Shown piece by piece: positions 11,833 through 27,730 of a stretch of 44,728 bases of DNA; the stretch's first letter is position 1; each line of letters begins with the position of its first letter. Position numbers and translations under genes: made by a program. The stretch is from Escherichia coli (lineage in GTDB: Bacteria; Pseudomonadota; Gammaproteobacteria; Enterobacterales; Enterobacteriaceae), in NCBI RefSeq assembly GCF_003334315.1, contig NZ_QOWR01000039.1; one strand, given 5' to 3'. Under the pieces are notes generated by a model, which worked only from the letters and a program-made list of their open reading frames with translations, ran no database searches and had not been told where the DNA came from.

Positions 11833-11978
11833 CATCCTGTTATCAGGGCGATTTTCGCCCTGATTCTCTTATGTTCCCTTTGTAATAATTCATTATTTTT
11901 ATCATTTATCCTATAGCATTCATGGCGATTATCGCTAAACTATGGCGACTTAAAATTATTTCGTCCGTTAGGGTAATG

Positions 11979-12956
11979 ATGAGAGTAGAAAATAATAATG
12001 TTTCTGGGCAAAACCATGACCCGGAACAGATTGATTTGATTGATTTACTGGTGCAGTTGTGGCGCGGCAAGATGACAATTATCATCTCTGTCATTGTCGC
12101 TATTGCCCTGGCTATAGGGTATTTGGCCGTTGCCAAAGAAAAGTGGACTTCCACAGCTATCGTTACTCAACCTGATGTGGGGCAAATCGCTGGTTATACC
12201 AACGCGATGAATGTGATTTACGGTCCGGCTGTACCGAAAGTCTCCGACATTCAGGCTTCACTTATCGGACGTTACAGCACTGCATTCTCAGCATTAGCGG
12301 AAACGCTGGATAACCAGGAAGAAGCAGAAAAGCTGACCATTGAGCCTACCGTCAAAAATCAGTCATTACCTTTAGCAGTTTCTTATGTTGGTGAAACAGC
12401 TGAAGGTGCGCAGAAGCAGCTGGCGAAGTATATCCAGCAAGTTGACGACCAGGTAAACGAAGAACTGGAAAAAGACCTGAAAGACAACATCGCGCTGCGT
12501 ATGAAAAACTTGCAGGATTCTCTGAAAACTCAGGAAGTAGTCGCGCAGGAACAGAAAGATCTGCGTATCCGTCAGATTCAGGAAGCGTTGCAGTATGCGA
12601 ATCAGGCGCAGGTGACAAAGCCACAGGTTCAGCAGACTGAAGATGTGACACAAGATACGTTGTTCCTTTTGGGGAGCGAAGCGCTGGAGTCGATGATTAA
12701 GCACGAGGCGACCCGTCCGTTGGTGTTCTCACCAAACTACTATCAGACACGTCAAAACCTGCTGGATATCGAAAGCTTAAAAGTTGATGATCTTGATATT
12801 CATGCTTACCGCTATGTAATGAAACCGACGTTACCTATTCGTCGCGATAGTCCGAAAAAGGCAATCACCTTGATTCTGGCGGTGCTGCTGGGCGGCATGG
12901 TTGGTGCGGGGATTGTGCTGGGGCGTAATGCTCTACGCAATTACAACGCGAAATAA
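11979..12956 (+). CDS. wzzB: O-antigen chain-length determinant (polysaccharide co-polymerase)
   Basis: MRVENNNVSGQNHDPEQIDLIDLL... matches WzzB/Cld; two TM segments flanking a coiled-coil periplasmic domain. Confidence 0.92.
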   Translation: MRVENNNVSGQNHDPEQIDLIDLLVQLWRGKMTIIISVIVAIALAIGYLAVAKEKWTSTAIVTQPDVGQIAGYTNAMNVIYGPAVPKVSDIQASLIGRYSTAFSALAETLDNQEEAEKLTIEPTVKNQSLPLAVSYVGETAEGAQKQLAKYIQQVDDQVNEELEKDLKDNIALRMKNLQDSLKTQEVVAQEQKDLRIRQIQEALQYANQAQVTKPQVQQTEDVTQDTLFLLGSEALESMIKHEATRPLVFSPNYYQTRQNLLDIESLKVDDLDIHAYRYVMKPTLPIRRDSPKKAITLILAVLLGGMVGAGIVLGRNALRNYNAK

Positions 12957-12976
12957 TCTTTGCAGCATTCAAGAAA

Positions 12977-13011
12977 ACGGGCAGGGTGGTGACACCTTGC
13001 CCGTTTTTTTT
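12977..13011. terminator. bidirectional terminator between convergent wzzB and hisI
   Basis: Hairpin acgggcagg...ccttgcccgt flanked by A/T runs on both sides. Confidence 0.6.
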
Positions 13012-13038
13012 GCCGGATGCGACAACAATATCGCATCC
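13012..13038. repeat. REP-like palindromic element
   Basis: gccggatgcga-N8-tcgcatccg inverted repeat resembling REP consensus. Confidence 0.45.
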
Positions 13039-13052
13039 GCTTACCCCGCAAC

Positions 13053-13657
13053 TCACTGATGCCGTTTACGCAGGTTCTCAATTACCGTCGTTAAATCCAG
13101 ATCCTGATCCTGCAACAGCACCAGCAGGTGATACATCAAATCAGATGCCTCGTTGGTCAGCTCAAAGCGGTCATGTACCGTCGCTGCCAGTGCGGTTTCC
13201 ACGCCTTCTTCACCTACTTTCTGCGCAATGCGTTTGGTGCCGCTGGCATACAGTTTGGCGGTGTAGGAGGTTTCCGGGTCGGCAGATTTGCGTTCGGCGA
13301 GCAGTTGTTCCAGTTGATACAGGAACAGCCATTGGTGAGCGGTGTCGCCGAAGCAGCTGCTGGTGCCTTTGTGGCAGGTTGGTCCGATAGGATTCGCCAG
13401 TACCAGTAGCGTGTCGTTGTCGCAGTCCGGCGCAATATTTACTACGTTGAGGAAATTGCCCGACGTTTCGCCTTTGGTCCACAGTCGCTGTTTAGTGCGC
13501 GAGAAGAAAGTGACTTTGCCGCTTTCGATGGTTTTGTCTAAGGCTTGCGGGTTCATATAGCCCAGCATTAACACTTCACCGGATACCGCGTGTTGCACAA
13601 TCACCGGCATAAGTCCGTCGGTTTTTTCCCAGTCCAGTTCGCGACGTTGTTGTTCTG

Positions 13658-13664
<7 letters not shown>
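13053..13664 (-). CDS. hisI: bifunctional phosphoribosyl-AMP cyclohydrolase / phosphoribosyl-ATP pyrophosphatase
   Basis: 203 aa, matches HisIE; last gene of his operon. Confidence 0.95.
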
Positions 13665-15742
<2,078 letters not shown>

Positions 15743-15743
<1 letters not shown>

Positions 15744-16809
15744 TACAGCACTCCTTTCGACGACGGCAGGGTGTCGCCTTCCACGCGGATGGCCTGGCGC
15801 AGGGTGCGACCAAAGGCTTTGAACAGGCTCTCTACACGGTGGTGATCGTTTTTACCTTTAGTTTTCAGGTGTAGCGTCACGCCCATGGTGTAAGAGAGCG
15901 AACGGAAGAAGTGCTCGATCATTTCGGTGCTGAGATCGCCCACGCGTTGGTAGGTAAACTCGGCTTTATATTCCAGGTGCGGGCGACCAGAGATATCCAG
16001 CGCGCAGCGGGCAAGGCATTCGTCCATCGGTAGCACAAAACCAAAGCGGCAAATACCGCGTTTGTCTCCGAGGGCGATTTTTAGCGCTTCGCCCAGCGCC
16101 AGGCCGGTATCTTCGACGGTGTGGTGATCGTCGATATAGAGGTCGCCTTTGACGTTGATTTCCATGCGGAAACCGCCGTGGGTGGCGATCTGATCCAGCA
16201 TGTGATCAAAGAAGCCAACACCGGTGTTAATCTTGCTGCCACCTTCGCGATCCAGCCACACCTGGACGTCAATTTGCGTCTCTTTGGTGTTGCGCACTAC
16301 ATGGGCGTAACGGTCTCGTTTAGTGAGTTGCTCGCCAATCATCGGCCAGTTCAGGATTTCGCGGTCGTAGCGTAAACCATTAATGCCCATGTTTTCCGCC
16401 AGTTGAATGTCGGTCGCGCGATCGCCAATCACATAACTGTTAGCGCGATCCATCGCTTGCTCAGCCAGATAACGCTCTACCAGTTTTACTTTCGGCTTAC
16501 GGCAGTCGCACTCATCGGCGGGCAGGTGCGGACAAATCAGCACTTCATCAAACTGCACGCCTTGCGAGGTGAAGATCTGCATCATCAGGTTGTGCGGGCC
16601 ATCGAAATCCGCCTGCGGGAAACTTTGTGTTCCCAGACCATCCTGATTAGTGATCATCACCAGCTTGTAGCCCGCTTTTTGCAGCTTCAGCAGCTGTGGG
16701 ATCACGCCCGGTTCAAAGGCGAGTTTGTCAAAACGGTCCACCTGAAAATCACTCGGCGGTTCGCTAATCAGGGTTCCATCGCGATCGATAAAAAGATACT
16801 TCTGACTCA

Positions 16810-16810
<1 letters not shown>
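15743..16810 (-). CDS. hisB: bifunctional histidinol-phosphatase / imidazoleglycerol-phosphate dehydratase
   Basis: 355 aa from [15 protein letters not shown]... Confidence 0.95.
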
Positions 16811-19181
<2,371 letters not shown>

Positions 19182-19186
19182 GGCGA

Positions 19187-20086
19187 TCACTCCATCATCT
19201 TCTCAATCGGCAGGACCAGAATTGAACTGGCACCCAGCGCTTTCAGTTTTTCCATCGTTTCCCAGAACAGGGTTTCGCTACTGACCATGTGCATCGCTAC
19301 GCGCTGTTGATCACCCGCCAGCGGTAGAATAGTTGGGCGTTCGGCACCTGGCAGCAGGGCGATGACTTCATCCAGACGTTCGGTCGGTGCGTGCATCATG
19401 ATGTATTTTGATTCGCGCGCCTGGATCACACCCTGAATACGGGTCAGCAGTTTGTCGATCAGTTGCTGTTTGGATTCTTCCATTTCGCCATCGCGTTGAA
19501 TCAGGCAGGCTTTCGAGCGATAGATAACTTCGACTTCGCGCAGGCCGTTAGCTTCCAGCGTGGCACCGGTGGAAACCAGATCGCAAATCGCATCCGCCAG
19601 TCCGGCACGCGGGGCGACTTCAACAGAACCGTTCAGTAAGCAGGATTTAAAAGAGATGCCTTTCTGGTCGAGATAACGCTTGAGCAGGTGAGGATAAGAG
19701 GTGGCGATACGTTTACCGTTTAAGGAGAGCGGACCGTCCCAGGCTTCATCAACCGGTGTTGCCAGCGAAAGACGACAGCCGCCGAAATCCAGACGACGCA
19801 GGGTAAAGTAGCGTGGATCTTCACCCTGGGCGCGGCGGTTAAGCAGTTCTTCTTCCAGCACGTTTTCGCCGATAATTCCAAGGTCTACCACGCCGTCCAT
19901 TACCAGACCGGGAATGTCGTCGTCACGCACGCGCAGAATATCAATCGGCATGTTTTCTGCCATCGCGATCAGGCGCTGGGTGTGAAGATTGATTTTAATG
20001 CCACAGCGCGCCAGCAATTCGCGTGAGTCATCACTTAAACGGCCGGATTTCTGCATAGCTATGCGTAAACGAGTGTTGTCTGTCAT
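19187..20086 (-). CDS. hisG: ATP phosphoribosyltransferase
   Basis: 299 aa from [17 protein letters not shown]...; the ORF track extends upstream of the real start. Confidence 0.95.
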
Positions 20087-20134
20087 TTTCTTATTCCTCT
20101 TTAAACCTGTCTGAACCGTTATCAACCGCGCAAT

Positions 20135-20170
20135 AAAAAAGCCCCCGGAAGGTGATCTTCCGGGGGCTTT
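20135..20170 (-). terminator. his operon attenuator terminator hairpin
   Basis: gcccccggaag-gtgatc-ttccgggggc stem with U-tract on the minus strand, between hisL and hisG. Confidence 0.8.
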
Positions 20171-20231
20171 CTCATGCGTTCATGCACCACTGGAAGATCT
20201 GAATGTCTTCCAGCACACATCGCCTGAAAGA

Positions 20232-20282
20232 CTAGTCAGGATGATGGTGATGATGGTGGTGTTTAAATTGAACGCGTGTCAT
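20232..20282 (-). CDS. hisL: his operon leader peptide
   Basis: Minus-strand ORF encoding MTRVQFKHHHHHHHPD with seven consecutive His codons. Confidence 0.92.
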   Translation of the reverse strand: MTRVQFKHHHHHHHPD

Positions 20283-20531
20283 AAAAGTCTCTGTGAATGT
20301 TTATTCAACTGATGTCTTTTAACCTAAACCACTTTCACGTTAGAAAGCAAGGGCTTTTTTATATATTTTATGGTAATGGATTTGTTTAATGAATGAGCGG
20401 GGAAAGGAGGGCGCTAAGAGGACTGTCCTCTAAGCTGACGGCACCAAAAATAGCGAAGCCTGGATTTTCGTCTCACTGACAATACCTTGATCTACAAACT
20501 AATTAATAAATAGTTAATTAACGCCCATCAT

Positions 20532-20549
20532 TGTACAATGAACTGTACA
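20532..20549 (+). promoter_or_regulatory. yefM-yoeB operator palindromes
   Basis: Two TGTACA hexamers (tgtacaatgaactgtaca) immediately upstream of yefM. Confidence 0.6.
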
Positions 20550-20564
20550 AAAGAGGAGATTGAC

Positions 20565-20816
20565 ATGCGTACAATTAGCTACAGCGAAGCGCGTCAGAAT
20601 TTGTCGGCAACAATGATGAAAGCCGTTGAAGATCATGCCCCGATCCTTATTACTCGTCAGAATGGAGAGGCTTGTGTTCTGATGTCACTCGAAGAATACA
20701 ACTCGCTGGAAGAGACGGCTTATCTACTGCGCTCCCCCGCTAACGCCCGGAGATTGATGGACTCAATCGATAGCCTGAAATCAGGCAAAGGAACAGAAAA
20801 GGACATTATTGAGTGA
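20565..20816 (+). CDS. yefM: antitoxin YefM
   Basis: 83 aa from [31 protein letters not shown]... Confidence 0.93.
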
Positions 20817-21067
20817 AACTAATCTGGTCTGAGGAATCATGGGATGATTATCTGTACTGGCAGGAAACAGATAAGCGAATTGTTAAAAAGATCAATGAAC
20901 TTATCAAAGATACCCGCAGAACGCCATTTGAAGGTAAGGGGAAGCCAGAACCCCTGAAACATAATTTGTCAGGTTTCTGGTCCCGACGCATTACAGAGGA
21001 GCACCGTCTGGTATACGCGGTTACCGACGATTCACTGCTCATTGCAGCATGTCGTTATCATTATTGA
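20813..21067 (+). CDS. yoeB: toxin YoeB (ribosome-dependent mRNA interferase)
   Basis: 84 aa, [22 protein letters not shown]...; 4-bp overlap with yefM. Confidence 0.93.
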
Positions 21068-21149
21068 ACAGATTCATTCATAGAATGAATTGTCAGTTTT
21101 GATACGCTAGCGTAGCCTTATAGATCTAAGGTGTATCAGGAGATAACGG

Positions 21150-21974
21150 ATGAAAAAGGTCGCAATTGTCGGGTTAGGGTGGTTAGGCATGCCGCTGGCG
21201 ATGTCACTTTCAGCGCGAGGCTGGCAAGTCACCGGGAGTAAAACCACACAAGATGGTGTCGAAGCGTCCCGAATGAGTGGCATTGATAGCTATCTGCTTC
21301 GCATGGAGCCTGAGTTAGTTTGCGATTCTGACGATCTGGATGCCCTGATGGATGCCGATGCGCTGGTCATTACGCTTCCGGCACGTCGTAGCGGCCCCGG
21401 CGATGAGTTCTATTTACAAGCGGTACAAGAGTTAGTGGATAGCGCGCTGGCTCATCGTATTCCCCGCATTATTTTCACCAGCTCAACGTCTGTCTATGGC
21501 GACGCGCAAGGCACGGTGAAAGAAACTACCCCGCGTAATCCGGTAACCAACAGTGGAAGAGTATTAGAAGAACTCGAAGACTGGCTGCACAATTTACCCG
21601 GTACTTCGGTCGATATTCTGCGTCTTGCGGGCCTTGTCGGACCGGGACGTCATCCCGGACGCTTCTTTGCCGGAAAAACCGCGCCTGATGGTGAACATGG
21701 TGTTAATTTAGTCCATTTAGAAGATGTTATTGGCGCTATCACTCTGTTGTTACAGGCACCTAAAGGCGGACACATCTATAATATATGTGCGCCAGCTCAC
21801 CCTGCGCGTAATGTTTTCTATCCGCAGATGGCCCGTTTACTGGGGCTGGAACCTCCGCAGTTCAGAAATAGTCTGGACAGCGGCAAAGGTAAGATTATTG
21901 ATGGCAGTCGGATTTGTAATGAACTGGGATTTGAATACCAGTATCCCGATCCGCTGGTAATGCCGCTGGAGTAA
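21150..21974 (+). CDS. yeeZ: NAD-dependent epimerase/dehydratase family protein
   Basis: 274 aa, Rossmann N-terminus; conserved position next to yoeB. Confidence 0.88.
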   Translation: MKKVAIVGLGWLGMPLAMSLSARGWQVTGSKTTQDGVEASRMSGIDSYLLRMEPELVCDSDDLDALMDADALVITLPARRSGPGDEFYLQAVQELVDSALAHRIPRIIFTSSTSVYGDAQGTVKETTPRNPVTNSGRVLEELEDWLHNLPGTSVDILRLAGLVGPGRHPGRFFAGKTAPDGEHGVNLVHLEDVIGAITLLLQAPKGGHIYNICAPAHPARNVFYPQMARLLGLEPPQFRNSLDSGKGKIIDGSRICNELGFEYQYPDPLVMPLE

Positions 21975-22019
21975 ACGATCACGCCAGCAGGACGCCGCAT
22001 GCACTGCAAGGGGGCGTGT

Positions 22020-22949
22020 ATGAAACCACTGCTGGATGTGTTGATGATCCTCGATGCCTTAGAAAAAGAAGGCAGTTTTGCGGCGGCGTCGGCCAAACTC
22101 TACAAGACGCCGTCCGCTCTGAGTTACACCGTTCACAAGCTGGAAAGCGACCTTAATATTCAATTGCTTGATCGTAGCGGTCACCGCGCTAAATTCACCC
22201 GTACCGGAAAAATGTTATTAGAGAAGGGGCGGGAAGTTCTGCATACCGTGCGAGAACTGGAAAAGCAGGCGATCAAACTGCATGAAGGCTGGGAAAACGA
22301 GCTGGTGATTGGCGTGGACGACACGTTTCCTTTTTCTCTGCTTGCGCCACTGATTGAAGCTTTTTATCAACATCATAGCGTGACGCGCCTGAAGTTTATC
22401 AATGGCGTACTCGGTGGTTCCTGGGATGCCCTGACTCAGGGGCGAGCGGATATTATTGTTGGCGCGATGCATGAGCCACCATCTTCCAGTGAGTTTGGTT
22501 TCTCGCGGTTGGGCGATCTGGAACAAGTCTTTGCGGTCGCGCCTCATCATCCGTTAGCCCTGGAAGAAGAACCGTTAAACCGTCGTATCATTAAGCGATA
22601 TCGGGCGATTGTGGTGGGGGATACTGCGCAGGCCGGCGCTTCTACGGCCTCACAACTTCTCGACGAACAAGAAGCCATTACCGTTTTCGATTTTAAAACC
22701 AAGCTGGAGCTGCAAATTAGCGGCCTCGGCTGCGGCTATTTACCCCGTTATCTGGCGCAACGTTTTCTCGATAGTGGCGCGTTAATCGAGAAGAAAGTGG
22801 TCGCCCAAACTCTCTTTGAACCCGTCTGGATTGGCTGGAACGAACAGACCGCAGGGCTTGCCAGCGGCTGGTGGCGAGATGAAATTTTAGCAAATAGTGC
22901 GATCGCCGGTGTTTATGCAAAATCTGATGACGGAAAATCAGCCATTTAA
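22020..22949 (+). CDS. yeeY: LysR-family transcriptional regulator
   Basis: N-terminal HTH and LysR substrate-binding domain; start taken at MKPLLDVLMIL... Confidence 0.85.
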   Translation: MKPLLDVLMILDALEKEGSFAAASAKLYKTPSALSYTVHKLESDLNIQLLDRSGHRAKFTRTGKMLLEKGREVLHTVRELEKQAIKLHEGWENELVIGVDDTFPFSLLAPLIEAFYQHHSVTRLKFINGVLGGSWDALTQGRADIIVGAMHEPPSSSEFGFSRLGDLEQVFAVAPHHPLALEEEPLNRRIIKRYRAIVVGDTAQAGASTASQLLDEQEAITVFDFKTKLELQISGLGCGYLPRYLAQRFLDSGALIEKKVVAQTLFEPVWIGWNEQTAGLASGWWRDEILANSAIAGVYAKSDDGKSAI

Positions 22950-23215
22950 AGAAAAATTATTATGACAAGCCTCTCATTCTCTTGTCATTTCCCCCCCATT
23001 TAGGCACAATGCGCCGCTGTCAAAAAATGACTAAAAACCGACGTTTCATCAGCGTCGGTTATTTTTTGCTTCAAACCAATCATTCATACCAAGAGGCCGG
23101 GCTTCGTACCGGATAGATATTTACTAAAAATCGACAGTTGTTGTCGCTGAGGAATCCAAAAAAATGGGGCAATTTTTTGCTTACGCGACGGTTATCACCG
23201 TAAAGGAGAATGACC

Positions 23216-24574
23216 ATGTCGCATAACGTTACTCCAAACACCTCTCGCGTGGAATTGCGTAAAACGCTTACGTTAGTTCCGGTTGTAATGATGGGTCTTG
23301 CCTATATGCAGCCGATGACGCTGTTTGATACTTTTGGTATCGTTTCAGGCCTCACGGATGGTCATGTGCCGACAGCCTATGCGTTCGCATTGATTGCGAT
23401 CCTGTTTACGGCTCTGAGCTACGGGAAGCTGGTTCGCCGCTATCCTTCTGCTGGCTCTGCATATACTTACGCCCAGAAATCCATTAGCCCGACTGTCGGC
23501 TTTATGGTGGGTTGGTCTTCTCTGCTCGACTATCTGTTCGCGCCGATGATCAACATTCTGCTGGCGAAAATCTATTTTGAAGCTCTGGTGCCTTCTATCC
23601 CATCGTGGATGTTTGTGGTGGCGCTGGTGGCCTTTATGACCGCCTTTAACCTGCGTAGTCTGAAATCCGTAGCGAACTTCAACACTGTAATCGTCGTGTT
23701 GCAGGTAGTGCTGATCGCGGTGATTCTGGGCATGGTTGTTTATGGCGTATTTGAAGGTGAAGGCGCTGGTACGCTGGCGAGCACTCGTCCGTTCTGGTCT
23801 GGCGATGCGCATGTTATCCCGATGATTACCGGGGCGACAATCCTGTGCTTCTCCTTTACCGGCTTTGACGGCATCAGCAATCTGTCGGAAGAAACCAAAG
23901 ATGCAGAGCGCGTGATCCCGCGTGCGATTTTCCTGACCGCGCTGATTGGCGGCATGATCTTCATCTTTGCAACTTACTTCCTGCAGCTGTACTTCCCGGA
24001 TATCTCTCGCTTTAAAGATCCGGATGCGTCACAGCCTGAAATCATGCTGTATGTTGCAGGTAAAGCATTCCAGGTTGGTGCGCTGATCTTCTCCACCATT
24101 ACCGTACTGGCGTCCGGTATGGCGGCGCATGCAGGCGTTGCGCGTCTGATGTACGTAATGGGGCGTGACGGCGTATTCCCGAAAAGCTTCTTCGGTTATG
24201 TACACCCGAAATGGCGTACTCCGGCGATGAACATCATCCTGGTTGGCGCGATTGCCTTGCTGGCAATCAACTTCGACCTGGTAATGGCTACAGCGCTGAT
24301 CAACTTTGGTGCGTTGGTGGCGTTCACCTTCGTTAACCTGTCGGTCATCTCGCAGTTCTGGATCCGTGAGAAGCGTAACAAGACGCTGAAAGATCACTTC
24401 CAGTATCTGTTCCTGCCGATGTGTGGTGCGCTGACCGTTGGTGCGCTGTGGGTTAACCTGGAAGAAAGCTCAATGGTTCTGGGTCTGATCTGGGCGGCTA
24501 TCGGTCTGATTTACCTGGCTTGCGTCACCAAGAGTTTCCGTAATCCGGTTCCGCAGTACGAAGACGTAGCGTAA
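23216..24574 (+). CDS. plaP: putrescine importer (APC family permease)
   Basis: 452 aa from [16 protein letters not shown]..., polytopic membrane protein. Confidence 0.9.
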   Translation: MSHNVTPNTSRVELRKTLTLVPVVMMGLAYMQPMTLFDTFGIVSGLTDGHVPTAYAFALIAILFTALSYGKLVRRYPSAGSAYTYAQKSISPTVGFMVGWSSLLDYLFAPMINILLAKIYFEALVPSIPSWMFVVALVAFMTAFNLRSLKSVANFNTVIVVLQVVLIAVILGMVVYGVFEGEGAGTLASTRPFWSGDAHVIPMITGATILCFSFTGFDGISNLSEETKDAERVIPRAIFLTALIGGMIFIFATYFLQLYFPDISRFKDPDASQPEIMLYVAGKAFQVGALIFSTITVLASGMAAHAGVARLMYVMGRDGVFPKSFFGYVHPKWRTPAMNIILVGAIALLAINFDLVMATALINFGALVAFTFVNLSVISQFWIREKRNKTLKDHFQYLFLPMCGALTVGALWVNLEESSMVLGLIWAAIGLIYLACVTKSFRNPVPQYEDVA

Positions 24575-24594
24575 TCATCTTTTGTAATAATAAA

Positions 24595-24629
24595 CCGGAG
24601 TCGAATGAATATTGGGCTCCGGTTTTTTT
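24595..24629 (+). terminator. rho-independent terminator after plaP
   Basis: ccggag...ctccgg hairpin followed by T7 run. Confidence 0.7.
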
Positions 24630-24752
24630 ATTCTTTTTTATCGACATCCTCATTAATAACCATTTGTTCTAATTTAGAGAATTTGGTTATTGGTCTGCAT
24701 TCCACCAGTCATGAATAATTTCCCTATTAACATTCATCTGGTTAATTAATTT

Positions 24753-25811
24753 ATGTTTTCAATGATATTAAGCGGGCTAATTTGTGGTGCTCTGCTGGGA
24801 TTTGTCATGCAGCGTGGGCGTTTTTGCCTGACTGGTGGTTTTCGCGATATGTATATCGCGAAAAATAATCGCATGTTTTATGCCCTGCTGATTGCAATTT
24901 CGGTACAAAGCGTGGGGGTTTTTGCGTTAATTCAGGCGGGCCTACTGACTTACGAAGCCGGGGCGTTCCCGTGGCTTGGTACTGTTATAGGTGGGTATAT
25001 CTTCGGGCTGGGAATTGTTCTGGCGGGTGGATGTGCCACCGGGACCTGGTATCGCGCGGGTGAGGGATTGATCGGCAGTTGGATCGCGCTTTTCACTTAT
25101 ATGGTGATGAGTGCGGTGATGCGTTCTCCACATGCCAGTGGTTTAAATCAAACCTTGCAGCACTACAGTACTGAACATAACTCTATTGCTGAGACTTTTA
25201 ATTTGTCTGTGTGGCCGTTGGTTGCCGTTTTGCTGGTGATAACGCTCTGGGTGGTGATGAAAGAGTTGAAGAAGCCAAAACTCAAAGTCGCGACCTTACC
25301 GCCGCGCCGAACCGGGATCGCTCATATTCTGTTTGAAAAACGCTGGCATCCCTTTGTCACTGCTGTACTCATCGGTTTGATTGCGCTTTTAGCCTGGCCC
25401 CTGAGTGAAGCAACCGGACGCATGTTTGGGTTAGGAATCACTTCCCCAACGGCCAATATTCTGCAATTTCTGGTCGCGGGTGACGTGAAATACATTAACT
25501 GGGGCGTTTTCCTGGTGTTAGGGATCTTCGTGGGGTCATTTATTGCAGCCAAAGCGAGCCGTGAGTTCCGCGTTCGCGCAGCTGATGCACAAACAACATT
25601 ACGTAGCGGGTTAGGTGGTGTACTGATGGGCTTCGGTGCCAGTATTGCAGGTGGTTGCTCTATCGGTAATGGACTGGTTATGACTGCAATGATGACCTGG
25701 CAGGGCTGGATTGGCCTTGTATTTATGATTCTCGGAGTCTGGACTGCGTCCTGGCTTGTGTATGTTCGACCGCAGCGTAAGGCGCGACTGGCAACTGCTG
25801 CGGCAAATTAA
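24753..25811 (+). CDS. yeeE: thiosulfate transporter (YeeE/YedE family)
   Basis: 352 aa polytopic membrane protein with conserved Cys; gene order yeeE-yeeD. Confidence 0.88.
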   Translation: MFSMILSGLICGALLGFVMQRGRFCLTGGFRDMYIAKNNRMFYALLIAISVQSVGVFALIQAGLLTYEAGAFPWLGTVIGGYIFGLGIVLAGGCATGTWYRAGEGLIGSWIALFTYMVMSAVMRSPHASGLNQTLQHYSTEHNSIAETFNLSVWPLVAVLLVITLWVVMKELKKPKLKVATLPPRRTGIAHILFEKRWHPFVTAVLIGLIALLAWPLSEATGRMFGLGITSPTANILQFLVAGDVKYINWGVFLVLGIFVGSFIAAKASREFRVRAADAQTTLRSGLGGVLMGFGASIAGGCSIGNGLVMTAMMTWQGWIGLVFMILGVWTASWLVYVRPQRKARLATAAAN

Positions 25812-25824
25812 GTAAGGTGTAAAG

Positions 25825-26052
25825 ATGGCGATTAAAAAGCTGGATGTGGTGACGCAGGTCTGTCCGTTTCCACTCATAGAAGCAAAAGCAGCACTGGCAG
25901 AAATGGCCAGCGGCGATGAGTTGGTAATTGAGTTTGATTGCACCCAGGCAACAGAAGCAATCCCACAATGGGCGGCAGAAGAAGGACATGCCATCACCGA
26001 TTATCAGCAGATTGGCGATGCTGCGTGGAGCATCACCGTTCAAAAAGCCTGA
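25825..26052 (+). CDS. yeeD: TusA-like sulfurtransferase
   Basis: 75 aa with TusA signature VCPFPLIEAK. Confidence 0.88.
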   Translation: MAIKKLDVVTQVCPFPLIEAKAALAEMASGDELVIEFDCTQATEAIPQWAAEEGHAITDYQQIGDAAWSITVQKA

Positions 26053-26063
26053 CCCAACATTGT

Positions 26064-26087
26064 CCTCCGCCGTATCAGCGGCGGAGG
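26064..26087. terminator. bidirectional terminator between yeeD and sbcB
   Basis: cctccgccg-tatcag-cggcggagg hairpin. Confidence 0.6.
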
Positions 26088-26094
26088 CTTCAAA

Positions 26095-27522
26095 CTAGAC
26101 GATCTCTTCCGCGTACTGCCAAAGCGCTTTTAACAGCGCCACTTTTTCTTTATCGTCGGCATACTGCTGCGCCAGCATCTGAATCTCTTCTGCATAGCCT
26201 TGTAAAAACTCGGGTGTGAATACCTGGCGGCGGTGCTCCAGCCAGCGTTGCTGCTCGGCATAATCCAGCGTCCCCGGGAAGTTGCGCGCCCGATAATTGA
26301 ACAACAGTTTTTCAATTCGTTTATCAACAAAAGTGATATCCAGTGCCGGTAAATTACGTGGCTCGGTTTCCAGCACAATTTTCATTGCTGCGCGATCGGC
26401 GTCACTGAAAAAGCCGTTATAAAGCTGTGCATCCACGTTATCTGAAGGCGTAAACGGTTCGGCTTCCGCGAATATCGCCACCACTTTTTCGCGCACTTGC
26501 GGATTTTCACGCAGAATTTTTAGGTTATCGAGGCAATGCTGACGATTAATTCCCAGTCGGTCGGCATCTTCCGGGCGTAGCGTATTCGCCTGGGCCAGCA
26601 CCGGACATTTATTGATATGCACCAGCTTAACCGGAACGGCGGCGTTATCGCCAAGATCGGTTTTTGCGGTATATAAACGCTCGCGCAATGTGTCGCTATC
26701 CAGTTCCAGTAATGGCGAAATGTCTCCTGCCAAATCCACCATAATTACGGCATTGCGATTTTCTGGATGCCACGCCAGCGGTGCCACCCAGCTGGTATTG
26801 CCGCGCCATGCCCCAAACATTCCGGAAACGTGAACCAGGGGTTTCATCTGCGGAACATCAATCAACGCCATCAGTTTGTGTTTATTACGATGGGTAAAGA
26901 GATAATCAAACAGGCGTGGCTGACGCGTTTTTACCAGCTTTGCCATCGCAATAGTGGCGTACACATCAGCCATCGCATCGTGGGCGTTGCTATGTTCAAT
27001 ACCATTCGCTTTGGTTAAATGCTCAAGGCGAAAGCTCGGTAGACCGTCATCATTTTCAGGCCAGTTTATTCCTTCCGGGCGCAGGGCATAACAGGCACGC
27101 ATAACATCCAGTAAATCCCAGCGCGAGTTATCATGCTGCCAGCTCCAGGCGTAAGGATCGTAGAAATTACGATAAAAAACGTTGCGTGTGACTTCGTCGT
27201 CGAAACGCACATTGTTGTAGCCCAGAATACAGGTCTTCGGTACGTTAAAAAGCGAGTGAATACGGGCGGCAAACGCGGCTTCGTTTTCTCCTTTCGCCCG
27301 TGCTTCCTGCGGGGTAATACCGGTAATTAATACTGCTCCAGGCTGGGGCAAATAGTCATCCGCGGGCTTGCAGTAAAAGACTTCGGGTTCGCCGATGACA
27401 TTGAATTCGCTATCGGTGCGAATGGCTGCGAACTGTGCAGGGCGATCTAACGCGGGGTGCGTGCCAAAGGTTTCGTAATCGTGAAACAAAAAGGTAGATT
27501 GTTGCTTACCGTCATTCATCAT
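26095..27522 (-). CDS. sbcB: exodeoxyribonuclease I
   Basis: 475 aa from MMNDGKQQSTFLFHDYETFGTHPALDRPAQ...; ORF track extends 24 codons upstream. Confidence 0.93.
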   Translation of the reverse strand: MMNDGKQQSTFLFHDYETFGTHPALDRPAQFAAIRTDSEFNVIGEPEVFYCKPADDYLPQPGAVLITGITPQEARAKGENEAAFAARIHSLFNVPKTCILGYNNVRFDDEVTRNVFYRNFYDPYAWSWQHDNSRWDLLDVMRACYALRPEGINWPENDDGLPSFRLEHLTKANGIEHSNAHDAMADVYATIAMAKLVKTRQPRLFDYLFTHRNKHKLMALIDVPQMKPLVHVSGMFGAWRGNTSWVAPLAWHPENRNAVIMVDLAGDISPLLELDSDTLRERLYTAKTDLGDNAAVPVKLVHINKCPVLAQANTLRPEDADRLGINRQHCLDNLKILRENPQVREKVVAIFAEAEPFTPSDNVDAQLYNGFFSDADRAAMKIVLETEPRNLPALDITFVDKRIEKLLFNYRARNFPGTLDYAEQQRWLEHRRQVFTPEFLQGYAEEIQMLAQQYADDKEKVALLKALWQYAEEIV

Positions 27523-27730
27523 TAGGTTAAATCCGTTATTTCTGCTGTCTGCCAGAGTATCAAATATCACCGTGCTAATCAGCTTTAGCGCCACAATTTG
27601 GCAGTTAGTGGCAACAGATCATGTCAGATAAAAATGAGAGGGTAGTCACATTTTCTTGCACTTTATTCCAGCCAGTTCATAAGTATTTCCGTAAAAAGAA
27701 CAGCTATTTGAAACTCCTGAGGGTTTGCTG

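Noticed and set aside
12352-12704. Minus-strand ORFs of 99 and 110 aa inside wzzB
   Set aside because: Antisense to wzzB with low-complexity translations.
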